IMG/VR virus record: IMGVR_UViG_3300027668_002455
Span: 111,850-175,849 of that record
Length of the DNA stretch: 64,000 bases
Direction: 5' to 3' (one strand)
Origin: a virus
Position numbers and translations under genes: made by a program. Positions 30,991-40,762 of the stretch are shown here, in pieces. Within the stretch, counting starts at the first letter, position 1. Each line of letters begins with the position of its first letter. Below the pieces are notes generated by a model that was not told the DNA's origin, did not search any database, and saw only the letters and a program-made list of their open reading frames with translations.

Positions 30991-31881
30991 TTATCTTACT
31001 TTTTGTAGTTCAAAATCAACTAAGGCACTGTAGGTGTTGGGGTTCACATTATTAATCCCGGCAAAGGATGCCCCTCCGATCTTACTTACACGTATATTTT
31101 CAATAAAGCACGCATTATTTGTACTTTTTGCTGCTACGATATTAGTATAATTATAGCCATTTTTAGGGTCACTTTGATCTTGAAAATCGCCTAAATTATT
31201 AAAGGGCATTTCATTTTCCGCGAGAAGATCAATATATTTATCTTTTTGATCCCTAAACACAGAGCAAGCTCCATCTAACAAAAATTGTGAATCAGCCACA
31301 ATAATTGCCCTTACATCCATATTGGTTTGCTGGGTTCCCCCTAGCTGAAATGGGTTATTTTGGCCGCCCATATTCTTAAGAAATATAGCTGGATAAGTCA
31401 ATGAGTCTGGGGGAAGACCCGTGGCAGTTAAACCCATTTTATTTTTTAAGGTAAATTGAGTTTCAAAAAGTAGCTTCTCTTCAGTTTGATTGGTTAAATA
31501 AATATTATAATCTTTTACTGCATAATCACCGCTAACTGTTTTTGATGATAAAGCTCCACCGGCACCCGTAAAAAAGGACTGCCCTTTACTGTAATTAATT
31601 CCACTCAATAACCCTGACCCACGCAGGTTAAAATCCGCATCTGTACCAACAGTTCCTTTATCGGTTACGTACACACCACTCATAACCGTGGCCCCCGCGA
31701 TAGAGCTATCAGCAACAAACTGCCTAAATGGAGATCCATGAATGTAATAATTTTGATAAATATTATTAACAGGAAAAAGCTCAGACCCAAAATTTGAATA
31801 GGCCTGACCAACACTTAATAAGGTGTGATCAGCCCACAAATAAAAGCTTGACATAGCCTGATTGTCAAATTGTCCTATCAT
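30991..31881 (-). CDS. Probable tail terminator/neck protein
   Basis: Synteny (just before tube); YPAIFL...F.LGG...VRAIIVAD. Confidence 0.5.
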   Translation of the reverse strand: MIGQFDNQAMSSFYLWADHTLLSVGQAYSNFGSELFPVNNIYQNYYIHGSPFRQFVADSSIAGATVMSGVYVTDKGTVGTDADFNLRGSGLLSGINYSKGQSFFTGAGGALSSKTVSGDYAVKDYNIYLTNQTEEKLLFETQFTLKNKMGLTATGLPPDSLTYPAIFLKNMGGQNNPFQLGGTQQTNMDVRAIIVADSQFLLDGACSVFRDQKDKYIDLLAENEMPFNNLGDFQDQSDPKNGYNYTNIVAAKSTNNACFIENIRVSKIGGASFAGINNVNPNTYSALVDFELQKVR

Positions 31882-32525
31882 CCTTTAATTCTTCTCCCCT
31901 GTAATCTTCGTATATAATGATTAATCATTTCAGACATATATTTAGATGGTTTATACATTGCACCGCTATGCACTGAGTTGCGAGACTGAATACCTTGTCC
32001 TGATCTGCCTTGCCCCATCTGTCGAGCTAGGTAATAACTTAACCCAGAGATTCCTCGCTCAATTGCCCTAACCCAGCTTCGTCCACCCTCCCAAGGCATT
32101 GGGGTAAAACCCTCGATTTGGTTCATATTAGGAACCTCTACCTTGAAGGCATAAGAACCACGACGGGTACCTTTTCTCTGAAGCCTTGTTCTTTTAGAAA
32201 CATGTCCTGTAGATTTAAGATAACTTTTCACTTCTGACGTTGGATTTGAACTGTTATCAAATCCAATAAATCCAAATAAAGAGCCCTCTCCATAAGGTAA
32301 TCCCAATAAATTTCTACTAATATTTTTTGTGTTAGAAGCCCCCGCATCAATTTCTTTGGTTATCGCGTGAGAGTCAAACTCTTTTACTAATTCATCCCTA
32401 GCGTTTTTAGCAGTCTCCTCTGCCTTATCATAAGCCTTATCCTTGATACTTTTAGCGTCAAGACCTCTAGAAACTTGTCTCTCAAAAGTCCCTTTGTTAA
32501 TTTTTAATTTAAAAAATTTACCCAT
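31878..32525 (-). CDS. Probable neck/tail-completion protein
   Basis: Basic protein within the head-tail joining block; synteny. Confidence 0.45.
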   Translation of the reverse strand: MGKFFKLKINKGTFERQVSRGLDAKSIKDKAYDKAEETAKNARDELVKEFDSHAITKEIDAGASNTKNISRNLLGLPYGEGSLFGFIGFDNSSNPTSEVKSYLKSTGHVSKRTRLQRKGTRRGSYAFKVEVPNMNQIEGFTPMPWEGGRSWVRAIERGISGLSYYLARQMGQGRSGQGIQSRNSVHSGAMYKPSKYMSEMINHYIRRLQGRRIKG

Positions 32526-32974
32526 TAGTCTGTCTTCTCTAGGTAAAAAATATAATAGTACAAGCCAAGATAGTTTTGTACTTGTTCGCTAGAATACTTA
32601 TTAAAAGTATTTCCATCAATTTTTATTGATTCAGTTTTGGTTCCATCCAGAATAAAGTCGCGGGCGCTTTGTTCAACTTTTATTTTTACTGACCCTTTGT
32701 TAATGATAACATTTCCGATATTGTCTCCAAGCTCTGGAGTCTGATCTGAATAATAACTCACGATAGCTGAATAAACCCCTGAAACTGGGATGTATGTAAA
32801 TTCAATTGGGTTAGAGCTTTCACCGTAGCCCGCGTAATTGTTATTGGAGTACACATTACTTATGACTTTAATGGGTTCTTTGAATATCACGACGTCCCTC
32901 TTAAAGGTATCGAAATGATCCCCCAACGCCCCTGTGAGCGCCAGCTTGTCACTAGATGTTACTAGGCTGGCCAT
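32525..32974 (-). CDS. Probable head-closure protein
   Basis: 149-aa beta-rich protein; synteny. Confidence 0.45.
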   Translation of the reverse strand: MASLVTSSDKLALTGALGDHFDTFKRDVVIFKEPIKVISNVYSNNNYAGYGESSNPIEFTYIPVSGVYSAIVSYYSDQTPELGDNIGNVIINKGSVKIKVEQSARDFILDGTKTESIKIDGNTFNKYSSEQVQNYLGLYYYIFYLEKTD

Positions 32975-32976
32975 TA

Positions 32977-33474
32977 TTAGATTTTATAACGATTTATGTA
33001 GCTTTCTAAACGGGTGTCCTCGTTCTCTGCAATGGTGTCATCACCGGCGACCTGTAAGGGTTCGCTCGCAGTAATTCGATAAGCGGTTATCAACCTAGTG
33101 AGTTCTTCCTGCTCTGCACTCCTAGCGGCTAACCATGTTTTACTTAATTCATTTTTATTGATTTTACGGACCCGAGCTCCATCTGAGGAAACTTCGATTA
33201 CAGAGTCTGTTCCCGCAGCGCCAAGTGTCGAGCGGATTTTTAAATCATAAAAATGTATAAAATATAACTTCTTGAAAATTACTGCTTGATCAGCAGTTAG
33301 TCCGGTGCCGCTAAGTTCAAGAGTGACACCATCTATTTCTATACTTATATTGAGCAGGTTGTTAAGTTGTCCTAAATTTGTACGCAACCAAAAAGAAATG
33401 GTAGCAATTGACATATCTGTAGGATTTCCTAACTCTCGATAAATTTCATCTGAAATTGAAACAATTTTAGCCAT
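32977..33474 (-). CDS. Probable head-tail adaptor
   Basis: Helical 165-aa protein downstream of the capsid gene; synteny. Confidence 0.45.
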   Translation of the reverse strand: MAKIVSISDEIYRELGNPTDMSIATISFWLRTNLGQLNNLLNISIEIDGVTLELSGTGLTADQAVIFKKLYFIHFYDLKIRSTLGAAGTDSVIEVSSDGARVRKINKNELSKTWLAARSAEQEELTRLITAYRITASEPLQVAGDDTIAENEDTRLESYINRYKI

Positions 33475-33476
33475 AA

Positions 33477-33824
33477 TTAAAAACGTATGCTTGGGTTAAT
33501 ATTGATATATCCCTTAACTGCTTCCACTCTACTTTTCTGAGTGGAACTGTCTATAACCTGAATGTCATAAACGCCCTGTGTCGCTGCTAGGCCCGTTATA
33601 AGGCTACCTGTGAGGCTAATATCCACAACGCCGTTAGCGTAGCCTGATACTACCCTCATGGGGTTTAAATCAAGAAGAACACCAGAAGCACCATAAGTTG
33701 ATCGGGCTTGACCACTAACTAAATAGTTAGTTAAGTTAATGAAAGTACCGCCCGCACCAGTTAAATGAAACTGGTGGTAGAAATCCGTTCCCGCCGATAA
33801 ATTTATGTCAAAAGAAGCAGCCAT
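33477..33824 (-). CDS. Small Ig-like virion protein (BppU-N-like)
   Basis: Pattern I..GTDF...INLTNY...Q.R...G.V.ISLT...T..L....GVYDI.V......V.G.I.I.P, typical of small phage Ig-like structural proteins. Confidence 0.6.
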   Translation of the reverse strand: MAASFDINLSAGTDFYHQFHLTGAGGTFINLTNYLVSGQARSTYGASGVLLDLNPMRVVSGYANGVVDISLTGSLITGLAATQGVYDIQVIDSSTQKSRVEAVKGYININPSIRF

Positions 33825-33866
33825 AATACATCTAGTATTACACCTACTTCTGTAACTTTATAAGAT

Positions 33867-34265
33867 TTATCTTCCTTCCGCTAAAATATCTTTAGCTTTT
33901 TGAGAAAGCGGCTTTGAACGGGTTTTGATTTGCGGCATCCTATAGGTAGCCGTGTGCTTTGTGAATTCCCCTATGAGACGTTTATAAAGATTTTCTTTAT
34001 TGTCTATAGGGATGATACCCATCTCAGCGGCGTGACGATGTAAATCAGTTTTATTTAAAGAATCTAAATAACCTTTATATTCGCCCGCATCTAATGTCCG
34101 GTATTTACTGAGACCTGTATCGCCCCACACTTGATCAAGAGTGGAAGGGATAACCTTTGGAGTTTCCTCTCGTTTGCCGTGGGTTTGCTCTAGATCTGTT
34201 ACCTTTTTTACCCTCTTAGCCGTAGCCTTTTTAGTACTTTTTTTATTAGTTTTTTTAGCTGCCAT
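33867..34265 (-). CDS. Hypothetical basic protein with helix-extension-helix (Rho-N-like) motif
   Basis: LDSLNKTDLHRHAAEMGI...KENLYKRL; Lys-rich N-terminus. Confidence 0.5.
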   Translation of the reverse strand: MAAKKTNKKSTKKATAKRVKKVTDLEQTHGKREETPKVIPSTLDQVWGDTGLSKYRTLDAGEYKGYLDSLNKTDLHRHAAEMGIIPIDNKENLYKRLIGEFTKHTATYRMPQIKTRSKPLSQKAKDILAEGR

Positions 34266-34322
34266 AACCTTTTACCTCATTGAAGCTTACACATTTGCCT
34301 ATTTCTTGTGAAGTTATATAAT

Positions 34323-34350
34323 AAAAAAAACCCAGCCTTTCGGCTGGGCT
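34323..34350 (-). terminator. Intrinsic terminator after the major capsid gene
   Basis: Minus strand CCCAGCC-GAAA-GGCTGGG-TTTTTTTT. Confidence 0.9.
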
Positions 34351-34372
34351 TGTTTTAATTGTGAATATCGGT

Positions 34373-35494
34373 TTAGTTGTTATCAACAGTGACACCAACC
34401 ACAGCGCGAGAATCGATACAAACACGACCCTCCTCGAGATAACCGTAGAAGCCAGTCTTTTCTTGACGGGCAACAAACTGATCATCAGGAATCGCAGTGA
34501 AGGTGCTTCCACCGCCGTCTTGACGAGCAATCGGACGAATGAAGGCCTCACGACCCATGTCAACTCCAACGAGAATTTCGTCAGTAGCTGCACTCCAGTT
34601 ACCACTTGATCCAGCACCCGGAATAGTTACGCCAGAACCACTAACCATCTCGTCAAAGAGGGTGTTGTACTTCTTGCCAATTCCAAGTTCGAGAAGCTCA
34701 TGCAACACGATACCAAAGATTTCTTGCATACCAGAGGCACGGAAGATTTCTTCACGAATGGTGTAGGGAAGAGCAACAGGACCAGCGCTAAGACTACCTG
34801 TAGTATTAACAGGGTTGTAAGCGAAGCCGCGTACATATCCCATAATCTCAGGACTCACGAATAGATCCGTCACGCCCTTGCTGTCCCAATCAGAGGGGGT
34901 ACCGTTAGCAAAAGAGGTATTAATTCTTTTAGCGCGGGTCATCAAGGTAGATAGATCACCGGGTTTAAACGAGCTATTTGCATCAGCGCCAACAACATGT
35001 GTTAAACCGTTCGTGCTGGCCTCAGCCAACGCCTTAAGGATAACGGCCCAAGCATTGCGCTCTTGCTTAACAAGAACTTCTTGCGCCATTCTTTCAACAG
35101 CCTTGCTAACCACGTCCAAACGACCACGACGAGCGTAGCGTTTGAGGAAGCTAACTGCACTGTCCAAACGATAAGTGGCAATCTTCATTTCTGAGAGACC
35201 GCTTACCTGACTAGTGGGAAGACCACCGGCTACCGCTTGGGACCAAACACTGACGTAATCTACGCCCGCGTCATAAAAGAGGTCCAACGGAATGCTGGGG
35301 CTATCATCTTCATCATACAGACTATCATGATAAATCATGCCAGCTGTACCAGCTTGAGATAGTACCTTCTGAGCGACGGGTGCGATAAAAGCGGCGAACG
35401 CTTCAGCAGCCTGTGCTTGCTCCAGCGGGTTCTTGGAACCCAAAGCTTTGATAAGCTCTACCTGTTCTGGTGTTTCTTTTAATTTTAATTTCAT
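34373..35494 (-). CDS. Major capsid protein (HK97 fold expected)
   Basis: 373 aa; follows protease/scaffold and decoration genes; strong terminator; DVVSKAVERMAQEVLVKQE spine-helix-like segment. Confidence 0.8.
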   Translation of the reverse strand: MKLKLKETPEQVELIKALGSKNPLEQAQAAEAFAAFIAPVAQKVLSQAGTAGMIYHDSLYDEDDSPSIPLDLFYDAGVDYVSVWSQAVAGGLPTSQVSGLSEMKIATYRLDSAVSFLKRYARRGRLDVVSKAVERMAQEVLVKQERNAWAVILKALAEASTNGLTHVVGADANSSFKPGDLSTLMTRAKRINTSFANGTPSDWDSKGVTDLFVSPEIMGYVRGFAYNPVNTTGSLSAGPVALPYTIREEIFRASGMQEIFGIVLHELLELGIGKKYNTLFDEMVSGSGVTIPGAGSSGNWSAATDEILVGVDMGREAFIRPIARQDGGGSTFTAIPDDQFVARQEKTGFYGYLEEGRVCIDSRAVVGVTVDNN

Positions 35495-35522
35495 TTTAAA
35501 ATACTCCTATTTATTTAAAGGT

Positions 35523-36098
35523 TTACAGTTCGAGCTTGAGCATGATAAGACCATCGCTGGAATTACCACCTAATGCCATACCAACCTTTGTTGATTTTGC
35601 AATGTGAGCAGCACTCGTTGAGAGTTCTCCATCACCAGCAGCATAAACTGCAAGCCCGGGGGTAACAGCATCAGCCTTAAGGGTCGCTCCGCTATAAAGC
35701 ACAATTCCGCGTGTAAGGACGGGGCAGGCTTGTCCGCTGATTACCCAGTCATTCTCCGCAGCTTTACGGGGATGATAGAGCAGCTTCTCGCCGTTCTCGT
35801 CAGTTTCACGCACATCATATAAAAGCATACCAAGTGGGATATCTTTCACGCCAGCTGAGCCTGAACCACAAGCAACAACTTGAGCCTGAGTCCGATATCG
35901 TTGGGACACTGTGTTTCCATACGCATTTCCTGCAGCACCAAACATTTCCACTGGATCGGCTGCACCGGCTTGGAAGCCAGTAGCAGTAGCGATTTTTACC
36001 ATCAACCCTTTGGTTGCTGGAACCGCTCCGCTCCACGAAAATAAATTGATCACATCATGCGGATCATAATCATGTAATGGTTTTAATGTAGTAGCCAT
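35523..36098 (-). CDS. Capsid decoration/cement protein
   Basis: Gly/Ala-rich 191-aa protein between scaffold and capsid genes; SGQACPVLTRG, G..VY....G.L. Confidence 0.6.
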   Translation of the reverse strand: MATTLKPLHDYDPHDVINLFSWSGAVPATKGLMVKIATATGFQAGAADPVEMFGAAGNAYGNTVSQRYRTQAQVVACGSGSAGVKDIPLGMLLYDVRETDENGEKLLYHPRKAAENDWVISGQACPVLTRGIVLYSGATLKADAVTPGLAVYAAGDGELSTSAAHIAKSTKVGMALGGNSSDGLIMLKLEL

Positions 36099-36122
36099 AT
36101 TATTTTACTCCTATTCTTTTAA

Positions 36123-37607
36123 TTATCTTAATTCAAATTGATCCAAATCGAAAGCACTTTTGTACTTTTCAAAAATGGTAGGTTCAGCAGCTTCCATGAC
36201 ATTGGGAATATCAGCCTCTTGAGGCTCAGAGTTCTCAATAGCCTCTTCGACTACATCTTTAGCAGAAGCTTCAACCGCCTCTTGCGACTCTTGAGCCGCG
36301 GCAGCTTCTTCTTCTGCTTTTTTCTGTTCCTCCATCGCCTCAACGATCTCGCGGCGCTTAGTTTTCATAAGCACGTTAAGTTTGTCTTGGTATGAAGAAA
36401 AGTCTTCGTCACCCATGTCTTTAATGTCAGCGGCGATAAGCTCGCGCTCTTCATCCTCAAGGACAAACTCCTCATCCATTAGAGACATGCGTTGTGTAAA
36501 CTGCTCTTCCGATTCCTTGGCAGCCTTTTCGGCTTCCAATTTGTGGAGGACAGTTTGTACTCTATCGAGGGACTCACGTACTTCGGCGTGTTCCTTTTCC
36601 AAGGCTTCGTGCTTTTCATTGGCTTGTGTTAGCTCAGAGTCGAATCTCTTCTTTTCTGTGCTAAATTGTTCCGAAGCCGATTTAAGCTGCTCTTGAATAA
36701 AGTCACTTACGGCAGAAGCTTCAAGTACCTTGACGCTTTCTTCGGTAATATCTTCAAGTTTTGTAATTTTCATAGCTTTACTCGTATTGTTTTTTACATT
36801 ATTATTTGGGGTTTGTGAAATACTTTCTTCACTAGTTTTAACTATTTTTTCTGTTTTTGGTGATTTGGTCTTATGAGTGCAAACCCCTTCGACTTCTGCC
36901 GCTGGAGCTTCCGTTAGACCAATGCCTAGCGGGATGACGTCATTGAACACCTGTCGATAGACCTTTCGGCCATCTTCCAGAGCCCCAGAGCCGCCAAGAC
37001 CCTGTAAATTCTCACTTAATTCCTCAATTATCTCAGGGTTCTCGATGATTTGGGCGTCTTCAAGGTTTTTATTATTTCCTATTAGAACTGCAAGCTTGTA
37101 TTCAGAGAATCCCAGTTCCCAGCTAGCAGAAATCTTATTGTAATTTTCATCTTCAGGATCGCTTGAATTTTCAATTAATTCTGCAAGATCCGTATTTACC
37201 ACTTTCCAGATAACTCCACCCAAGGTGACATTAAATGGTCTTTTTATATCTTTTACCTGATCCTCTGTTAGGGGCTTGTCAGTTCCAAATTCACTAAATC
37301 CAGCTGTCAAAATCGTTCCGATTACACGACTACGATTATGTTCAATATTAATTGGTTTATTAATAAAGTTTTTATAAATTTCTAATGCTGTCCCTGTATT
37401 AATTACATCCCCATTTTTATTAACACGATTAGCCACGAAAGCATTGAAGGCCACAGGCAGTAAATCTACGTTAGATGCAGTATCAATCTCAGGGATAAAA
37501 TCTCCGATATCCACCAAGCTAGCCATAGCTAGGTACTTGTCTTTCTCCTCCGAAACTAAAGGTTTGACTATCGAACTAAAACTTGTTTTATATTTAAATT
37601 CCTTCAT
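36123..37607 (-). CDS. Prohead protease fused to scaffold
   Basis: NKNGD, FINKPINIEH, ISASWELGF, GIGLTEAPAA; acidic coiled-coil C-terminal half. Confidence 0.75.
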   Translation of the reverse strand: MKEFKYKTSFSSIVKPLVSEEKDKYLAMASLVDIGDFIPEIDTASNVDLLPVAFNAFVANRVNKNGDVINTGTALEIYKNFINKPINIEHNRSRVIGTILTAGFSEFGTDKPLTEDQVKDIKRPFNVTLGGVIWKVVNTDLAELIENSSDPEDENYNKISASWELGFSEYKLAVLIGNNKNLEDAQIIENPEIIEELSENLQGLGGSGALEDGRKVYRQVFNDVIPLGIGLTEAPAAEVEGVCTHKTKSPKTEKIVKTSEESISQTPNNNVKNNTSKAMKITKLEDITEESVKVLEASAVSDFIQEQLKSASEQFSTEKKRFDSELTQANEKHEALEKEHAEVRESLDRVQTVLHKLEAEKAAKESEEQFTQRMSLMDEEFVLEDEERELIAADIKDMGDEDFSSYQDKLNVLMKTKRREIVEAMEEQKKAEEEAAAAQESQEAVEASAKDVVEEAIENSEPQEADIPNVMEAAEPTIFEKYKSAFDLDQFELR

Positions 37608-37622
37608 AAAAAATTCCTTTCA

Positions 37623-37895
37623 CTAAGCAGAGTATGGGGATTTAGCTTCGTAATAAACGATGGACATCGCGGCGTGACCGGGCGTGAAGCTAGAACACAT
37701 AATCGGTGGGTTTAAGGTAATAGAGCCGACAGGAGCTTCCAAGACTGCCAGATCACCATCGTCCGCAAAAGTTAAAGTGCTTGCGGCGGAATGAGAATTG
37801 GTTACGGCGGTAACTAGAATCTTATAATCGGTGGCAGCCGAGACTTTAGCAACTCCATTATTTGATATTTTATTGGCGAAATATTGTGCGGGCAT
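37623..37895 (-). CDS. Hypothetical small virion-type protein
   Basis: ORF with AAAGGA RBS. Confidence 0.7.
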   Translation of the reverse strand: MPAQYFANKISNNGVAKVSAATDYKILVTAVTNSHSAASTLTFADDGDLAVLEAPVGSITLNPPIMCSSFTPGHAAMSIVYYEAKSPYSA

Positions 37896-37911
37896 ATTTT
37901 ATTTTCCTTTT

Positions 37912-38025
37912 TTATTTACTCTCTTCTTGGTGACAGGCGCATTCGCAACCGACATCTGTGCCATCACAGCATTCACATACTTGGTTGTTACAATTACATT
38001 CTTTATTTTCACATCCACATTCCAT
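37912..38025 (-). CDS. Cys-rich metallothionein-like mini-protein (37 aa, 10 Cys)
   Basis: Hand translation MECGCENKECNCNNQVCECCDGTDVGCECACHQEESK*; fills the gap between flanking genes. Confidence 0.7.
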   Translation of the reverse strand: MECGCENKECNCNNQVCECCDGTDVGCECACHQEESK

Positions 38026-38036
38026 AATTATTCTTT

Positions 38037-38660
38037 CTACCAGACAAAGCCAAGGGGTTTGTAGTCTTCTAAATACAATTCATCTATGTTTTCAAAATCA
38101 TAATTTAATCCGTGTTCTTTTATATCCTCGGAAGCTTGTTCAAAGTCTCCATCTCTAGGGGTTAATGCGCCAGTTAAATCAAACTCCTCTTCTTTAGTTG
38201 GCAACTCTTTGGAAAGAACAATATCCATTTGAAAAGTTGGTGATTTTGCTTTGGGGGTAAGCGAAGCTTTCTCTGCATTAATTTTTGATTTGTTACTTTT
38301 TATTTCCAAAAACATATTCACTCGAGCCAACGCCCATTGTCCCCTCGTTTTACCTAGGGACTCAGAAGGTGAAAAAGCGTTTGCGCCTCCTCGGTAAACC
38401 GTTTTTAATTGGGACAAGGTGACTTTGTTAGAAGGGTATTTTTTATTGTGCCCTTTGAGTTTGCCCTTTAAGAGAAAAACAACCTTTGAAGAAAAAGCGA
38501 TAGCTAGGTTGGTTTCACGAGTGGTCTCTGAAGGCTCAACCTCGGGAGAGACAGAGACAAAAGTAGCCGACGCATTCTTATCGGCTGTAGACTTTTTTTC
38601 AGGTGCTCCAAAGTCTTCAAAGCCGAAATTCTGATTATTTAAGTTTATATCTTTAGCCAT
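38037..38660 (-). CDS. Hypothetical protein with LK.VYR.G..A...QWA.ARVN.FL motif
   Basis: Motif recalled from uncharacterised viral proteins (DUF5824-like); not verified by search. Confidence 0.55.
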   Translation of the reverse strand: MAKDINLNNQNFGFEDFGAPEKKSTADKNASATFVSVSPEVEPSETTRETNLAIAFSSKVVFLLKGKLKGHNKKYPSNKVTLSQLKTVYRGGANAFSPSESLGKTRGQWALARVNMFLEIKSNKSKINAEKASLTPKAKSPTFQMDIVLSKELPTKEEEFDLTGALTPRDGDFEQASEDIKEHGLNYDFENIDELYLEDYKPLGFVW

Positions 38661-38723
38661 TATGGATGCGCCGCCTTTTCAGTACTAAATACACAAAAAG
38701 GAAAGGGTTTAGAAAAAAAGAAA

Positions 38724-38752
38724 CAAAAAAGCTCACATTTTTAATGTGAGCT
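38724..38752 (-). terminator. Intrinsic terminator after the lipoprotein gene
   Basis: Minus strand AGCTCACATT-AAA-AATGTGAGCT-TTTTT. Confidence 0.75.
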
Positions 38753-38784
38753 GTGATCTTAGTAATTTAGATGTATATATCTAA

Positions 38785-39000
38785 TTATTCTTTATCAACC
38801 TTTAGAGTAGGCAGTGGGACATTAATATCCACGAGCGGTACGGTGACCGTAAGGGCCTCCTTGCTAACCGTAGCCCCTAAAACGGACTTATGGTTAGCTG
38901 CTCCTCCGACTGTTACTGAGGGTAGTTTCTGTGAAATAGCACAACCCATTGTAAAAGTGGTCATAAGTGCTCCGACTGCAATCAACTTAATAGTTTTCAT
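38785..39000 (-). CDS. Small lipoprotein
   Basis: Signal peptide MKTIKLIAVGALMTTFTMG-C. Confidence 0.75.
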   Translation of the reverse strand: MKTIKLIAVGALMTTFTMGCAISQKLPSVTVGGAANHKSVLGATVSKEALTVTVPLVDINVPLPTLKVDKE

Positions 39001-39035
39001 AGTTTAAAAAGAGCCATACTGTGACTCAGAACAAG

Positions 39036-39064
39036 AGTATAGGACAAATCTGAAAATAAGTCAA
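39036..39064 (-). promoter_or_regulatory. Sigma70-type promoter for the lipoprotein gene
   Basis: TTGACT-17 bp-TATACT. Confidence 0.7.
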
Positions 39065-39071
39065 ATCTTTT

Positions 39072-39575
39072 TTAGTTAGGTTTTATTAAAAAAATAATCT
39101 TCACTAAGGTTGAATCTCCCCAATAAGTAAGAATGTCAGAATCAACAGGGAAACACACCCAGTGGTAATAAATCGTATTTTTCTTTTTTATCAAAATAAT
39201 AGATATATCGGTCTCTTTAAGTTGCTTAAAATTTTTAATCTTTTTAATTTGAAAGCCCCGAGACTCAAAATACCTAATAATTTCACTAGGCATTGTTATT
39301 TCCCTAGCTTTATAGGTAAAAACAGAAAGAAGGCTCCTAGCCCAGTTTCCGTGGTCTAATATCTCCTTACTGATGCTCGAACTAAAAACATTTCCCCCAA
39401 GGGCGTCGTGGGCTTTTCGGATAGCTATGGGGCCGCAACTATAAACATGAAGGGGGTCAAAACCGTTGGCCCTTTTTTCGCGCGCGAACTTACTCTCACT
39501 AAGGTTATATAGTGTGCCGCAGCCAACAGAAAAAAACAAAAGATTAAAAATAAGAATGTTAATTACATTCTTCAC
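39072..39575 (-). CDS. Lipoprotein with C39-like cysteine peptidase domain
   Basis: Lipobox SVGC; SCGPIAI and HWV give a papain-like Cys/His pair. Confidence 0.6.
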   Translation of the reverse strand: MKNVINILIFNLLFFSVGCGTLYNLSESKFAREKRANGFDPLHVYSCGPIAIRKAHDALGGNVFSSSISKEILDHGNWARSLLSVFTYKAREITMPSEIIRYFESRGFQIKKIKNFKQLKETDISIILIKKKNTIYYHWVCFPVDSDILTYWGDSTLVKIIFLIKPN

Positions 39576-39874
39576 TTTGGCATGAGGTCAATATATGATT
39601 TTAAAAGCACATACTGGTAAAGATTCAAGGCAACGCTTATTCCCAATAAAAAAGAAAAAGTCATTGCCCACAAGTTTTCCTTGGAAAAGAATGCACTTAA
39701 AAAATCAAGCTTTTTCTTATCTAGGTTCTCAATGGGATTTACACATGAACTCATCGTCTTTTTTTTGTTTCCTTCCGTATCTTTTATTAACCACCAATCT
39801 CCGTTTTTATCTTTATAAGCCCACTCTTTTTCTGAACTTATCCACCATTTTGTATTTTTATCTATGATTTTCAC
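39572..39874 (-). CDS. Hypothetical membrane protein
   Basis: C-terminal TM segment LWAMTFSFLLGISVALNLY. Confidence 0.6.
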   Translation of the reverse strand: MKIIDKNTKWWISSEKEWAYKDKNGDWWLIKDTEGNKKKTMSSCVNPIENLDKKKLDFLSAFFSKENLWAMTFSFLLGISVALNLYQYVLLKSYIDLMPK

Positions 39875-40258
39875 TCACGCATCACTCCTTGATGGATTCG
39901 GGGTCTCGTATCCGTTAAGCTTATTAAGCTCATCTACCAGTTGTTGAATAATTGCTCTATATCTAAAAATAATTTCACTAGCTCTTTCTATTAGCTGTTT
40001 TTGAGAAGCGTTAACTATTTCTGTGTTATAGACTCGTCGCTCTAATCCCTCAGTTTGTTTTTTATGGTATTCTCCTTGTGCAGCCATAGCCGCATCAGTG
40101 CTTTCTACTAGTTCTACTATTTTTTCAGTATACTGAATATCCCGGAGATTGATAAAAATACCTGTACAAGTTATAGATGTAACTAGAACTCCCGCAAAAA
40201 AGCTACTAAAAAACATTTTTTTTGCGCCATCTTTTATCTTAAGAAGAAAAGCTTTCAT
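39875..40258 (-). CDS. Membrane-anchored coiled-coil protein
   Basis: N-terminal TM segment followed by heptad repeats. Confidence 0.6.
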   Translation of the reverse strand: MKAFLLKIKDGAKKMFFSSFFAGVLVTSITCTGIFINLRDIQYTEKIVELVESTDAAMAAQGEYHKKQTEGLERRVYNTEIVNASQKQLIERASEIIFRYRAIIQQLVDELNKLNGYETPNPSRSDA

Positions 40259-40288
40259 AGCTGTATATTAAATTACACTTATTTTAAT

Positions 40289-40321
40289 AAAAAAAGAGGA
40301 GAAACCTTTCGGTTTCCCCCC
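40289..40321 (-). terminator. Intrinsic terminator after the holin/spanin-like cassette
   Basis: Minus strand GGGGGAAACC-GAAA-GGTTTCTCCTC-TTTTTTT. Confidence 0.8.
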
Positions 40322-40377
40322 TTAGTGGGTGATATCGCACTAGTTACATATATAAAGTACCAACGCTTTGTGGGTAA

Positions 40378-40599
40378 TTAGTCTTCTTCTCTTGGTATAC
40401 CTCCAGCATACCAACCTTCAGGTAGCTTCACTTTATTTTTAGAAAGAACCCATTCTCCGTTTTTTAGTACGTAAACACGAGCCTCAGAATCAGGGCCAAT
40501 TCTTACTAGGTCTGACTGTGTATCCACGAAAACAACCCTAGTTGAACCACACCCAGCTAAAAAGAGTAAACTACTCAGAAGTATTATCATCTTCTTCAT
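40378..40599 (-). CDS. Lipoprotein, o-spanin-like
   Basis: Lipobox LAGC; overlaps the upstream small gene; follows the holin. Confidence 0.55.
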   Translation of the reverse strand: MKKMIILLSSLLFLAGCGSTRVVFVDTQSDLVRIGPDSEARVYVLKNGEWVLSKNKVKLPEGWYAGGIPREED

Positions 40600-40759
40600 T
40601 TTTCTTTACTTTCTTTACTTTCTTTTCTTGTTCTTCTATTCTTTTTCGCCATCTGTCCTTTAGGGACTTGGGCATAGAATCTCCGTCACTTGCCTTTGTA
40701 TCTTCTTTAACAAGTGCGGTTAACCAATCTAGCAGAGCCTTAATAAAGGCAACCCACAT
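40571..40759 (-). CDS. Small amphipathic protein, possible i-spanin
   Basis: Hydrophobic N-terminus and charged tail; lies between holin and lipoprotein. Confidence 0.45.
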   Translation of the reverse strand: MWVAFIKALLDWLTALVKEDTKASDGDSMPKSLKDRWRKRIEEQEKKVKKVKKNEEDDNTSE

Positions 40760-40762
40760 AAA

